From Podarcis muralis (Eukaryota): a stretch of DNA of 64,000 nt. The DNA lies in NCBI RefSeq assembly GCF_964188315.1, contig NC_135659.1, positions 98,518,001 through 98,582,000 of the forward strand, given 5' to 3'. Made by a program: the position numbers and the translations under genes. Positions 1 to 13,033 of this stretch are shown here, one piece after another. The notes below the pieces were generated by a model. The model was not told the DNA's origin. It saw nothing but the letters and a program-made list of their open reading frames with translations, and did no database searches. Position 1 is the first letter of the stretch. Each line of letters starts with the position of its first letter.

Positions 1-66
1 GGATTTGAACCGTCGACCTTCTGATAGTCAATCCCAAGAGGCTCGGTGGTTTAGACCACAGTGCCA
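1..66 (-). mobile_element. Sauria SINE tRNA-derived head (partial, at window edge)
   Basis: Reverse complement reads tggcactgtggtctaaaccaccgagcctc...gaaggtcgacggttcaaatcc, matching the heads of the full copies at 7197 and 25784. Confidence 0.75.
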
Positions 67-590
67 TATGCTGGATGGGGAGCAGAGAGATCTGTGTATG
101 TGGGCAGAACAGAGAGAAACCTCTGGCTTGGTGTGACAGGATTGTATCCTACTGTACAGAGGTTAAGAGCCACATCTGTTGCTGTGCTCACCTTTGGCAT
201 TTGGTCCTCGGAAAGTTGCAAAGGAAATGTGGCCCTCAGGCTGGAGAAATGGGAACACCTACAACCCTTCCCTAAAGTGGATGAGGAAAACAAGAAGCTG
301 CCCTAAGCAAGGTCAAAGGAAATGGGGCTTTGTGAGATCATCCCACTCCTATACCACCCTCTGAAAGAGCTCTTTTTCATTGCAGAAGAACTTGTCCCAG
401 GCACTTCTGGGCAACCATGTGATTTAACTGGACCACTGAGAGTGATTGGAGTTTAGAACTCACTCTCAGTTCCTGTTAATGCCACATGAAGCCATCACTT
501 CCAGGGTGATTCAGCACATGAAGTCATCCTCAGCACACAGAACACTGGTTGGGAAGAAGAGGGGCTTCCCCTCCTCAAGTACATACAAGG

Positions 591-592
<2 letters not shown>

Positions 593-620
<28 letters not shown>
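593..620. repeat. (GT)n microsatellite
   Basis: Direct inspection. Confidence 0.95.
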
Positions 621-622
<2 letters not shown>

Positions 623-1820
623 TTCCTCTGCTATGTGTGGCTCACAGATATCTTGGCTGTTCCTTAATATATTCTCCATCACAATCTACTAGGTCAACCA
701 AGAGCGATCACAAGTCTGGAGAGGATGTCTTAATGACTGCTCCACCTGCCCAAAAAACTGGGGAGCACCCTTCCAACAGAGGCTTGCTAAAGCCTAGGCC
801 TGAGACTTAGCTGAACTCTCTGCATCCCAAGGTTTGGGCTGGGAAACCTGTTAAAAACTGCAAGATAAAATGCCTCATTGCCTTACCACACCTGCTTAAT
901 CCAGGCCCATAAAATGAACAGATCTGGGTTTATAAGAGATGTGCACAAAGTGCAATCCTATTCTTGCTTACTCAGAAGTAAGCCCTGCTGTGCTCAAGCA
1001 GGATGATTATCAGGTAAGTGAGCATACAATCACAGCATTAAGCTCTTAGGGCAGCCTTTGCCAACCTGGAGCCCTCCAATTTTGTTGGACTACAGCTCCC
1101 AGCATCACAAAGCTGTTCCGGCCGTGGCTGCTGGGAACTGCAGTCCAAAAGAACTGGAGTGGCAACTGTCTTTAGGGACAAGGCAAGATTAAATACTCAG
1201 AACTGCGCTGTATGTTTAAATTGCTATCGACAAGGACCCCGGTTGGTGGACCAGATTCAGAATGGAAATAAAGACACATACAAGGAACTGGCTTTTGCTT
1301 GTGGTCCACGATAAGCCGTGCCTGCTGCAGAAGGGATCCAGGCTTGCAACGGTTAAAGCCAGAGCCAGCTGACACTGAGTCCACAGGGTGCAAAGTGCCA
1401 CTGAATCCGAGCCACCGCTGCAATTCCCTGCATGCCTCAGAAGGGAAAAACACTGCACTGAACACCCCCCACACCTCCAGGGATCCTTGCGCTGCAGCCT
1501 GGTTAACTCCCCTCTGCATCTCATCTGCTTTTCCACACACACACACACACACACCCCTTTCTCCGGAGAGGCTGCAGCAGAGAGTGGCTCCAGCTCCCCA
1601 TTACGGGAATCCTAAGAGATGGTGCTGGCGGAGTCCACGTGAGCCGGCTCCCGGGAGCAAGCACGTGTATCTGCACGGATGAGCAGGCAGCGCGCAAGAG
1701 CGGCGCTGGGTGTTCCTACCCGGAGGCTGTCCTCCCTTTCCCTAGCCTGCTCTTCTGCTCAGTCTAGTTAAAATAAAAAGCAGGGGATAAAAATAAGTCA
1801 AACGCCTAAAAATACAAATA

Positions 1821-1823
<3 letters not shown>

Positions 1824-1877
<54 letters not shown>
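1824..1877. repeat. (CA)n microsatellite, about 27 units
   Basis: Direct inspection; a shorter (CA)n lies near 1534-1554. Confidence 0.95.
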
Positions 1878-1883
<6 letters not shown>

Positions 1884-3183
1884 CACTTCGCTTTCCGCGC
1901 AATAACTGGGTCAAGCCAGCTTTGCGGCGTCGCGGGTGAGCAACCCAGCAAGCCTCGTGGGGTTGAGGAGTCACTTCGGTGCTCCCTCCTGAACCACACA
2001 CCTGCTCCCTATAACCCCCAGCTGGAACCATCTGTCAGCTAACAGCCCTGCCCCGCAGCCATCCCCTTTGCGCTTCTTCTCCCCCCCCCCCAGCTGTTTT
2101 GCTTGTGCGGCAAAGTGTAACTTTAACGCAAACACACATCCCACCGGCCGGCCCCCTGCTCCAAACCCAAGCAGCACAACAACAAGAAGCACCCAAGAGG
2201 GCAAAACCCCAAGGCAGTTCTGCCTGGCGAAGAAGAGCCCCACTCACTGCCTCTTTTTCGGAGAAGGCAGCTATTGCTGGGGAGGTGCAAGAGAGAGCAG
2301 GCTGAGAAAGGGTTTGCACCAAACAGCATTACTACCAGGCACAACGTGAGCGGTACAAGACCAAAGGTCCATCAGGAGACCAGACTTGCTTCCGAGACAA
2401 CCTACAGCATTAAACACCAACCCCAGCAGGAAATTGATACAGAAAGAGCTGCAGAGCTTATGTTCCATCCATCCCTCAGCTGACCCACGTGACTATTGCC
2501 AGTCAGATGAGATAGGGATCTTTTAAACATGAGGATTGCTTGTGTGAACACGAGTCTAGTCAAAAACACTGCTGAGCGTCTCAGACTTCTCTGACAGCTG
2601 ATGGAAGGAGCTGCAATAGCAGTGAGGAACATGATCTGAGGAGTCTCTGGCTCAAGTCTAGCATCAGCCGCAAACTCCTACAGTGGCTATAGGAAAGCCA
2701 CTCCTTTTCAGTTTCAGCCCCACCGGATTTATAATATGGGGACAGTGCTCATCTTGGCTTTCCTTACACCAGCCGTCTCCAACCTGGTGCCTGATGGAAA
2801 GCTTGGACTGCAACTCTCTGCAGCCTTGCCCAGCCTTGCATGGTTCTTGTAAGGATTACTGTGATAATTCTGTACTGTTTTAATGGCCTGTTAAAAATGG
2901 GATTTATATTGCTGCACACCAACCTCGTATTCTATGAGAGGATGGTATACAACAAAGAAGACGAGGGCTTCGAGCGCACTCTATAAATGCTGTTATTCGG
3001 GACCAATGGTGATTCATTGTGAAGAACTGAGGGTAGCCATTCTGCAAGGAAGGGCACTGACCTTAGCTAGGAACCGTGCTGCAATGGTTTACTCATTTAT
3101 TTGAGGCATTTCTACCCTGCTTTCCAATGTTCAAGGTGGCTCTGCACGCCTGATGGCTTAGAATGCTCTACTCTCTGTAGAGA

Positions 3184-3366
3184 GTAAACGGTGTTTCCGT
3201 GCGCTGCTCTGGTTCGCCAGAAGCGGCTTAGTCATGCTGGCCACATGACCCGGAAGCTGTCTGCGGACAAACGCTGGCTCCCTCAGCCCATAGAGCGAGA
3301 TGAGCACCGCAACCCCAGAGTCGGTCACGACTGGACCTAATGGTCAGGGGTCCCTTTACCTTTACC
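3184..3366 (+). mobile_element. Sauria SINE, 5'-truncated
   Basis: gtaaacggtgtttccgtgcgc...ggacctaatggtcaggggtccctttacctttacc, same body and tail as the copy at 25784. Confidence 0.9.
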
Positions 3367-6300
3367 CTCTGTAGAGCAGGAAGAGATCAGCCAGGTTAAG
3401 TAGGGAAAGGGGCAGAGGCAATGGTTCAGTGAGAGCATACACTTTGCATGACTTAGAAGGTCCCAAGCACAGTCCCTTCAGTTAAAAAAGATCTTGGGGA
3501 TAGCAGGGCTGGGAGAAACCCCTTCTAAAGGCCCTGAAGAGCAGCTGGAAGTGAGACTGGACACTACTGGGCAAGAGTGGTCAATGGCTTGACTCAGGAT
3601 ATGAAGGCTTCATATTCAGGAAGAGAAGCAAAACACTGGGAGCTGCCTTAAAAAGAGTGTGGCCACTAGTCCATCAAACTCAGGCGTGTCTTCACTGGCT
3701 GGCAGCTGCTCTCTAGGGTTCCAGACAGGGGTCTCTCCTGGCCTTACCTGAAAAATCATAGAACAGAACTGTAGAGTTGGAAGGGACCCTGAGGGTCATC
3801 TAGCCCAACCCCCAGCAATGTAGGAATCTGGCCACAAGATGTTGTGGATTGAACCTGCGACCTCCTCCATGAGGAACAGATACTCCACCACTGTGCTACG
3901 GCCTTCCCCAAACTGTTTGTCAGGATCCGAAGTCACTTAACCAATTTTGGCCAATGGCTACTATAGAAATGCTGGAATCCACCCTTGAGCCACACCTATG
4001 AGGTTCTCTTCAGCTGTGGAAAGCTCAGAGCCACACACAGAAAGGCTGAGCGCCAGTCGCTCTCCACTCCCAAGTCTAGCAAGGCCCTATGGATGCTAGG
4101 TGACCCTCTGCTTCCTGCTGCTGCAGCAATCTCAGGAGCAGCACGCTCACATTTCACTGTTCTCCTGCGTGTTTGCTAAGATTTTTAACCAAATTTGCCC
4201 ACCCCCATGTAAAAACTCCAGAGCAGTGATCTCAGCGTCTTAGAGAAAAGGTTCTGCTCTAGCAGCTTTCCAGATTTTACTCAATAATTTAGGGCAATGG
4301 AGTGGAGAAGAAAAAAGGACAGGGAAAAGAGTGAATCGGCTGCCTCCCACCCCCAGCGTGTGCCCCCGGGGCTCACAGAGCATGTTCGCATCCTTGTTAT
4401 ATAACGGTGGGTTACGTCACTTTCTGAGGCACAGCCTGGCGTGCCAGGCACACAGAGCTTCCTGCTCTCTGAATGAAAACCCGGCGCCTGCACACATCAG
4501 CCACCCTGTCTCAGCAGCCAAGACAAGATGCAGCTCCCCGTTCAGGGGCCCGGATTCTGGGTCCAGGGTCAGCATCATCAGGATGAAGAGGGTCTGTGGG
4601 TGCCGAGGGCAGTCAGAAGATGGTGCCCGAAATCCATCTTTAGTCAGGGGTCTCTGGCAGCAGCAATTCTACTCTGCACTGAACACTTGAGAGACTACCT
4701 TATCCCATTAGTCACTGTCTTCTGCGTATTTCCTCCTTAAAGTCCCCAAAATGTCAGAAGCCCACTCCACAGTGACTTGGAGCAAGCCTTTCAGGGTGGC
4801 TGCTGCTCTTGTTCTATGGATCAGTATTCCTGTCAAGATAAGATAGGCACCCACTATCTGTATTTTCCGGAAACTACTGAAGACATTCTGTTTCAACAAG
4901 TTTTTCCAGCTAGATGAAAGGTCTTTGCCTTAGGTGTTGATTTTGTGTTGCTTTTAAATCTATACTCTGCTGTTCTTGTGCTGTTTTTTAAAAAACGTTT
5001 TAGCTGTTTTTAAGGATATGTCTGTAAACTGCCTTGGGACATATATGTGGAAACCAATTCAGAAATTAATAAATAATATAATAGCAGTGGTTTCCCCCCA
5101 CACACAGACAGACAACACACACAGGGAGAGAGACAGAGAGAGGCCTTCGCAAGGCTCACAGAACTAAATGCATTCTCGTTCACCGAACCCTCCTCTCTGT
5201 CCACACAGAAAATAAATTAATTTGTGCAAAAATTCAACAACCTAGCCCAGGAAAATCAGGGGCCCCAAACCAAGGCTAAGAACCAAAGTGAGGGGTTGAA
5301 AAGTTAAGGTCTGTAAATGTTCTTTTCCATCCTTCACATTTTCTGAGGCAGGAATGCTATTTGGGAAAGGAAATGGTTGGGGGAAGTCATTCCATTGGCA
5401 TTTCCTGAAGAGCTCGACAGAAAACCCTCCCACTTCCGAAATCAACTTGGGTGGCTGCCAAACCTGGGAAGAGAGCAGAGACTGAACAATCCCATCTTTC
5501 TGCCTGCAATTATCTGCGGCTGGCGACTAAGGCTTCCCACTGTCTCGGCCAGCGGCAAATGGGTTTTCCTGGGAAACCAAACTCAGACTTCCCAAAGAGG
5601 CAAAAGAAAATAATTGCACAGAATTCTGGGGTTCAGTCTCAGTCTACAGAAGAGCTATAGCAAGGGGTGACTTGGTATGTTCTAAATTTAGACGCACTGC
5701 ATGAAAACAGCACTGTCGTCCAGGCACATAATGATCATCAATCAGGACAATTCTGAGTTTGCAGAGAGACCAAAGCTCTGAGCTGCTACTCAGCACCAAA
5801 GGTCCATGGGACTGAGGGAAGACTTGCAAGAACAGAGCAGATAGCAGTAACAACCTTGCGCAGATGGTTAATAGAAGCTTGGACAAACAGTCAGTAAGAA
5901 TGGTTGCAATTGATAGGAGGTTTGCTTCCAAGTCACCTCCTAGTGAGACTATCGGCTCTTGCAAAATCAGACATGTCAGCTGTAAGATGATGCTATTACT
6001 GTCCAGGGGTTGGCCTGACATCAACAGCAATGTCAGCCCCCACCCATTGTGCCTACCCCTGGTACCAGTTTCCAAGCCTTTGCGGAAACAAAATAGTTAA
6101 CCTTCCCAAATCGCTGATGAGGTGAACAAAGAAGAAACCGGTAACAGTAAAACTAGGATTCTTTTGCTGCCACGAAGACTACCAAACTGCTGGCTTCTCA
6201 GGTAATGAATGTCCAGGATCTTTTCTAGCTAAGACCTGAAAGGAGGAATTGGAAGGGAGAACCTACTGGACAGGATGCAAAACCCACCTCCAGGAATCTG

Positions 6301-7196
6301 CACCAAGGCACCACCTTGCAGGAGTGCCAGCAACTCTGCCTGGGTTAACAAGCTGATCCCAGTAACATCCAAGTGGTGATTTCTCAACCCCATAGCATGA
6401 CCGTTGCTGCACATGATGTGTGCAGTTGCCATGTGCCAGAATAGAAGTGGCTGCATTTTATTGGCAAATGAGTCAGCTCTTTGACTTGCAAAATTGCGAT
6501 GTAAATTGGTGAGTCTTAACGCTACATGTGTGCCCCGTCAAACAAGTTGCATTCATGCTCCAAACATCCGTGCCAGGCAGACCATGGCTGACAAGAGAGA
6601 CATAAAGGCAAGCAGGCATGCGGATTCTCCCCAAATCGGCATGCCAGGATTAAATGAACTGGTTCTGGTGACAACTTTAAACAAACTGGACGTTCCCGAC
6701 AGAACAGTCTGAGTTGTGCAGAATATGGTTAGAAGGTGTGAACGTTGGGAGTTCATCTTGCTACAGTGCCTGAAATCACAGACACACCTTGTGCATACCT
6801 TCCCACATACCAATGTAAAGGAAACAGAAAAATCACCTATGCACCAAAAAAAAAGACACTCTGCCCACACACCAGTTGCCTTAGAGGACTGAGCTTACAA
6901 TAGGCAACTGAGTTTTACCTGCACAGATTTAATTATGCATTTTACATTTATATCTTGACTTTCCTCCAAGCAACTTAAGGCAGCAAACGTGGTTCTCTTC
7001 CTATTTCATCTTCATAATGAATGGTGTGTTTGGAACCCACTGCATGAAAAATGCACCATCAAGACCATGGGTGCCAATTTGTCTTGCATTCCTATTCCAA
7101 TCCTCTAAACCCAGCCTTTCCTCCACATGACAGCTCCCATTATAGATACAGGGGTGGGGTTACTGTTTTTATTTGCTACTATGTAATGTATCTTTA

Positions 7197-7559
7197 GGGA
7201 CGCGGGTGGCGCTGTGGGTTAAACCTCAGTGCCTAGGTCTTGCCGATCACATGGTCGGCGGTTCAAATCCCCGCGGCGGGGTGCGCTCCCGTTGCTCGGT
7301 CCCGGCGCCTGCCAACCTAGCAGTTCGAAAGCACTCCCGGGTGCAAGTAGATAAATAGGTACCGCTTACTGGCGGGAAGGTAAACGCCGTTTCCGTGTGC
7401 GGCTCTGGCTCGCCAGATGCAGCTTGTCACGCTGGCCACGTGACCCGGAAGTGTCTGCGGACAGCGCTGGCCCCCGGCCTATAGAGTGAGATGGGCGCAC
7501 AACCCTAGAGTCTGTCAAGACTGGCCCGTACGGGCAGGGGTACCTTTACCTTTACCTTT
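7197..7559 (+). mobile_element. Full-length Sauria SINE with 11-bp TSD
   Basis: tRNA-like head gggacgcgggtggcgctgtgggttaaa, (ACCTTT)n tail; TSD aatgtatcttt at 7185-7195 and 7560-7570. Confidence 0.95.
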
Positions 7560-9175
7560 AATGTATCTTTGTGTTTTTATACTGTAAACTGCCCTGTGGT
7601 CTTTGGATGAAGGGCAGTGTGGAAATTTAATTAAAAATTCCTGACCACTGATTGGTCTTGCTGACTGAGGCTGTTGGGAGCTGTGGTCCAAAGGTTGTTC
7701 TAACCCCTACACCACACCGGTAGTGGCCATGGGCACACTGTTAACACCAGAACTGACCACTCTTCCCTCACCTTCACTTTCCAGTTGCTAGATCTAGGCT
7801 TGATCCATCCTCTCAGGCTTTTTAAGGCTGCCAGATAGCTTGCTTTACTGCTCCAATGCCCATGTACTCCTGCTACAGCCCATGCATGACAACAGACCAT
7901 TTCCTGTTACATACCAAAATCCAGCCTTGGGCACCAAAGGGATCCCACCTCCCTCACCTTACTAAGAAGGCCAAAAATGCTGCATGCGAGGTCTGCAAAG
8001 GCAAGGGAGGAGAAAGACCAGGAGAGCGCTGGAGACCCCTTGCTGGCTACCTTACACACACACCCCTCCCAATGTGCCTCTGTTTATCTACAAAATTTCC
8101 AGAGCAACTTTCATCTCCTATGAAGAGTGATCAAATAAAGGCATTGTCCCACCCGCTTTGAAGTGTGCTGCTCCCCAAGCCCTCTCCAAAGATACTTTCC
8201 AAGACATAAAATGCTGAGCGACTCTGGGGAATGCGCACGAACACACGGAGCCTGCTCCCTGCCAGGGGCAGGCCTGCCAGAACATGCAAGCCTCTCTGTG
8301 GGTCTTTCTCGCAAGCTACGCCCTTTCCACAACAGCATTGTTTGAAAGGGCCAGGCAGAGGCTGCTCCCCAGGCCCCAAGAGAGCGCTAATCCCATGCTA
8401 ACAAGGCTACAGCAAGAGCAGGGAGAGACGTGCACATTGGCTGAAGGCTTACAACAGGGCAGCCTGTTCAGGGCCAGTGTGAAGGGGGAGAGAGACAGAG
8501 CTCACCTCTCGAGCCCAGAGATTTTCCAGGCTGCAAGCACAGTCAGGAAGTTAGCACAAGGCCAATCCAGCCACTTCTATTACTGTTAGCAAAACGCCCC
8601 TCATTCAGACAGGAGGCTTGTGGGTAGGAAAGGGGCTTGTCTACTGCAAAGAAATGAGCAAGTGAGGAAAGCGCACCTGTGTGCAATCTGCACGGAGACA
8701 CTACTGACCCTTCTGTGAGATCACTGTCAGGGAAAGAATCACAGAATTGTAGAGCTGGAAGGCACCCCAATGGCCATCTAGGCCAACCCCCTGCAAATGC
8801 ACCCCTCAATAATTAAGACTCAAATCTTCGAACTGCACAGTCTTGCCATCTGTTTCTCGGTCACTCTAGAGCATGACAACTTATTTCTACTGATTGCTAC
8901 CAGAAAAATGCCTGTCGTGATGACTGGAGGACTGTGTACTTGGCTGCTTACTGGAAGCTCCCAGTCATCACACAGGCCAGCCCACTCAGGGCCAGGGGGG
9001 ACGAATGCATTGCTCTCCCTTCAACAGTCTTATTGACTTGACTTTTTCCCAGGGCAAGCAGCCATTTATAAAATTAAGGGGTATATGCTAAGACAACATG
9101 AAGTAGGGGACCAAACCTGCTCCCCAGCACAGGTGAACGGAGTTCCTGGCAACCAAGCCCACTACTATCAATATA

Positions 9176-9535
9176 CCGTATTTTTCACCCCATAGGGCGC
9201 ACCTAGTTTTTTGGGGGGGGAATAAAGGGGAAAAAAATTATTTCCCCCCCCCCCAGGCACGGGGCTGGGGCAGTGGAAGCCCAAGCTTCCCCCGACCCCA
9301 GTCCCCAGAACAGGCTGCTATCCGCAAGCCTTGGGAGCCTGGCGGGAACTCCCGCGGGCTCCCAAGGCTTGCGGATAGCTTCCTGAAGCCTGGAGAGTGA
9401 GAGGGGTCATTGTGCACCGACCCCTCTCGCTCTCCAGGCTTCAGCGAAAGCCTGCATTCACCCCATAGGACGCACACACACTTCTCCTTCATTTTTGGAG
9501 GGGGAAAGGTGCGTCCTATGGGGCGAAAAATACGG
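9176..9535. mobile_element. Tc1/mariner-type MITE
   Basis: TIRs ccgtatttttcaccccatagggcgcacc / ggtgcgtcctatggggcgaaaaatacgg flanked by TA on both sides; a relative lies at 42115-42410. Confidence 0.9.
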
Positions 9536-11678
9536 TAATCCACCCTGAGTTTGGGTTCCTGGTCACATTGGAGAGCAACAGCAAGTGGAATAAAATGCTG
9601 GGAAATAGGTGCATTTGCATCCTTCCAGGAGTGCCAAGAATAATGCATGGACTTCATAACAAACTCATCAGGGAGAAAAAGAGAGAGACACCAGCCACAT
9701 TTCCAGAGATCTGAACCCAGCTCTTCCTGCTCCAAGTCAACCCTCTGCCCACAACATTCACCAGTTCTTAATTTGCCAAATGCCTTCTAGTCACGGCAGC
9801 CTCACTTGCAATAATTCTGTGAGGTAGGTAATGAATATTATTCCATTTTTACAGATGAGGAACAGAGGCCAAGAGCGACATGCCCAAGACCACACATGCT
9901 ATTTTACTTTTCATTTAGTACTTTTCCATCAAAGCCATCTCCAGTTGGTTCATGTTAGGGGTGGGGACTAGAGCTGTCTGTTCTGGATCCAGGTGCAATT
10001 ATATGATCCACTGGATCTCAGTAATTCCATGATATGTGATGGGAGTCTGACCTTCTTAGCGGTTAGTATGTTAGAGAAACTGGGTAACTCACTGGATGAC
10101 TCTCTCTCTCTCTCAACTTGACCTACCTCACAGGGTGCTTGAGGGGGTAAAATAGGAGGGGACGACATACTGCAACTTAAGCTCCTTGGAGGAAGCATGG
10201 AACAAACATCAAAGAAAGAAAGAAAACTATTCTGCAGTACTGAAAAAGTTATCCCCATGGACATGGTGGTCCATAACCTTTCTGTGGCCACCATTATCTA
10301 CTTCCCCACCTTGCACCATTCATTTCCACCAGCAGAACTATGTAACAATACCAGAATAGTGAAGGAGAACCTAGGAGACAACAATGTTGAGATCTGAGCA
10401 GCAGGAACCAGTGGGTGTGCCCCCCAGAGCAATTCTGCCCCTCCCACAAATGCTGAACAAATATTTGCCCAAACAATGCATTTGTCCTTAGACATAAAAA
10501 GGGAAGACTCCCAGCAGGCGGTATTAGCTGAGTTGGGGGGGAGGGGAAGGGGGATCTCAGACTCCCAGCAAGCTGGGGCCAGTGACTTTCCATCAGCGAT
10601 TTAATCTAAATCCCTCCGGGGAGTTCGTTTACAAAATCAGATTACATTATCGCCTCGGTCTCCAGGATACAGCCCAATCGTCACCAGAGCGACAGGGATA
10701 TGGAAATCTCCATTGGACCAAGGACTAATCTCGGGAGCTGGAGGGAACCAGGAGAAGAGGAGAGAAGAGAACAAGAGATGGGGCCAGCCACCAAGATGGA
10801 AGGAAGAGGAAGAGGAACCAGTCGGGTCAGTTGGGGCAGACACACCCCAGGTTGTGCCCCCAGGACGACTGCATTCCCAGCATTCCTGAGTAATACCCCC
10901 CTCCCCATGCTCTCTCTAGCTCTCTCTCAGTTTTCTCAACACTCACTCTATCCAGCCTGCATCCAATACTGGACTTCACTCCATGCGCCCATTAGGTTTT
11001 ATCCCTTGCTTGCTGCATTTACATCTGGGCAGCTGAGAGCTGCCACACAGAGCCTTGAGTGGTACTTAAAAGTAAATTCCCAAGAAGTGAGCATTAACCC
11101 ACCAGGAGCTTTGTTTAGGTTCAAACCCAAGGATGTAGACAATGCAGCAGGTGGGACCTTGAGTGAAACAGCCAGCAGCTGATTTTTAACAAGGATGCAT
11201 TTTCAACTGAGCCAGCAACACCGCCAGATGCAGGGAAAGGGCTCCATGGCCCCCTTGGTGTGAGCAGCCGCGGGGACTGGGTCAAGGGTCTCCCGTTATT
11301 CTGCATCACAGCTACTGGGAGTGAGCAGCTGAGAGACGTCACTGGAGGATTCTGCCAACGCGTCTGCTGCTGATCACTCTCCGAGGGGAAGAGGGCATTA
11401 AAGTCTCCTTAGCAGATGAGACACAAATAAAGAGGGCTGGGGGAGGGTATGCAAGGGGTCCAGATGGGGAGTCTGACTGAGCCTCCAGTGACCCACCCCT
11501 ACTTTAACATAATGCAACCGCCCTGGAGTTAAAAGCAGCCTTGCTATTAGCCACTTGCCCATATGCCCAGGCTCCAACTTGGTCACTAATTGCTAGGCCC
11601 ATTGTTCAGACCGCCCTACTCTGCACAGGTACATGGAGGCAGCCTGGCTAGTAAAAGTTTTGGGGGGAACTAGGAAAT

Positions 11679-11792
11679 ATGACCCAGAAGCTGTACGCCG
11701 GCTCCCTCGGCCAATAAAGCGAGATGAGTGCCGCAACCCCAGAGTCGGCAACGACTGGACCTAATGGTCAGGGGTCCCTTTACCTTTACCTT
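11679..11792 (+). mobile_element. Sauria SINE 3' fragment
   Basis: gaagctgtacgccggctccctcggccaataaagcg...tacctttacctt. Confidence 0.9.
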
Positions 11793-13033
11793 AGGAAATA
11801 AGGCTGGCCTGTTTACAAGGAAAGATAAAACTAATTTTCCACCCGTGATGAATGTCAGGAATTTGTTTTGAGTGTTCCAACAAAGCACGAGCTTCTGAGT
11901 GGTATGAGAGCTCCCTATGCCAGCACTGATTTGCAGCAGTTAACCCATGTCTCTCTACCAATTGCACATTCTGGGTGTCACAATCACTGTACAGGGTCTT
12001 CCTGTCAAGCAAAGGAAAAACACTAGGGAGTTGCCAGACACTTATGCAAGGCCACACCCAGAGCCACACTAGCTGCTGGCAAATCCCATGACCTAACCTT
12101 TTCCATAGCACATTCATGCTTGGGGCAAGCACATTGGCCATGCACCAAACTGCACTCCCTGGGAAGGTGATTATGTGTGGCAACACAAACAGTCTATTTA
12201 TCCACAGTTGGGGTTAAGGGACAGAGGAAAAATACAGGTTTGAGTCTAGTCATGACCAGCAGTTGTCTCATCACCCCTTCACTGGGTACCTGTGCCCTGG
12301 AAATGCACCTCAATCATGCCAGACAGCAGGATAGGCAAGATGTCAACCAACCTCTTCCTTAACCTCAAGGCTTACCCCAGGTTCCAAAGATTAACTTTGA
12401 CCCCTAAAGATGAAGAAGACCGAGGGTGGTACATTTTATCTGAAAGCAGCCTTCAGCCCCTGTCAGGGTACAGGTGGGATATAAATAGATAAGGGGATAA
12501 TAAACTAGAAAAGAAATGGAAAGTACCTTTGAGGCTTTGATTAGTGGGCTATGAAATGCTCTAGTGAACAACAGGATTCAGAGGCAGGCCTGTGGGTGAC
12601 CTGAACCAAGCCAGCCTGAACGAGAAAAGGAAAGACAGTGGCTAGTACCTACCCAACTACACAGCTGAGGAAAGAGCCCTTGGTACCATGTGTGTCTACA
12701 TACTTGGCATTGCAGGGGAGAAAGAACAGGAAACCTAATATCCATCAGGAAGTGTGAAATGGAACAAAGATACAATATTTCAGCCCTTGGTGGCCATTTC
12801 CAGCATCTGGTTATCCAATGTTGCATTGGCACCTTGCCGGAGAAGACACTTGGCACCTTTCCTCTACTGGTGCCCTCCACATGTTTTGAACTACAGCTTC
12901 GATTAGCTCCAGCCCATCAGCATCCTCAAGTTCTGCCTCTGATGCTGCTAGAAATATAAACTGGCCTGTTTCATACTTAAAACTACGAAGGTGCCCTTCC
13001 CACCACCACCACCACCCTTTGCCAAATGCTTAC

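Noticed and set aside
8920-8960. WLLTG, resembling the BCL2L1 transmembrane exon
   Set aside because: Wrong strand and no flanking similarity; the last exon is not identified in the window
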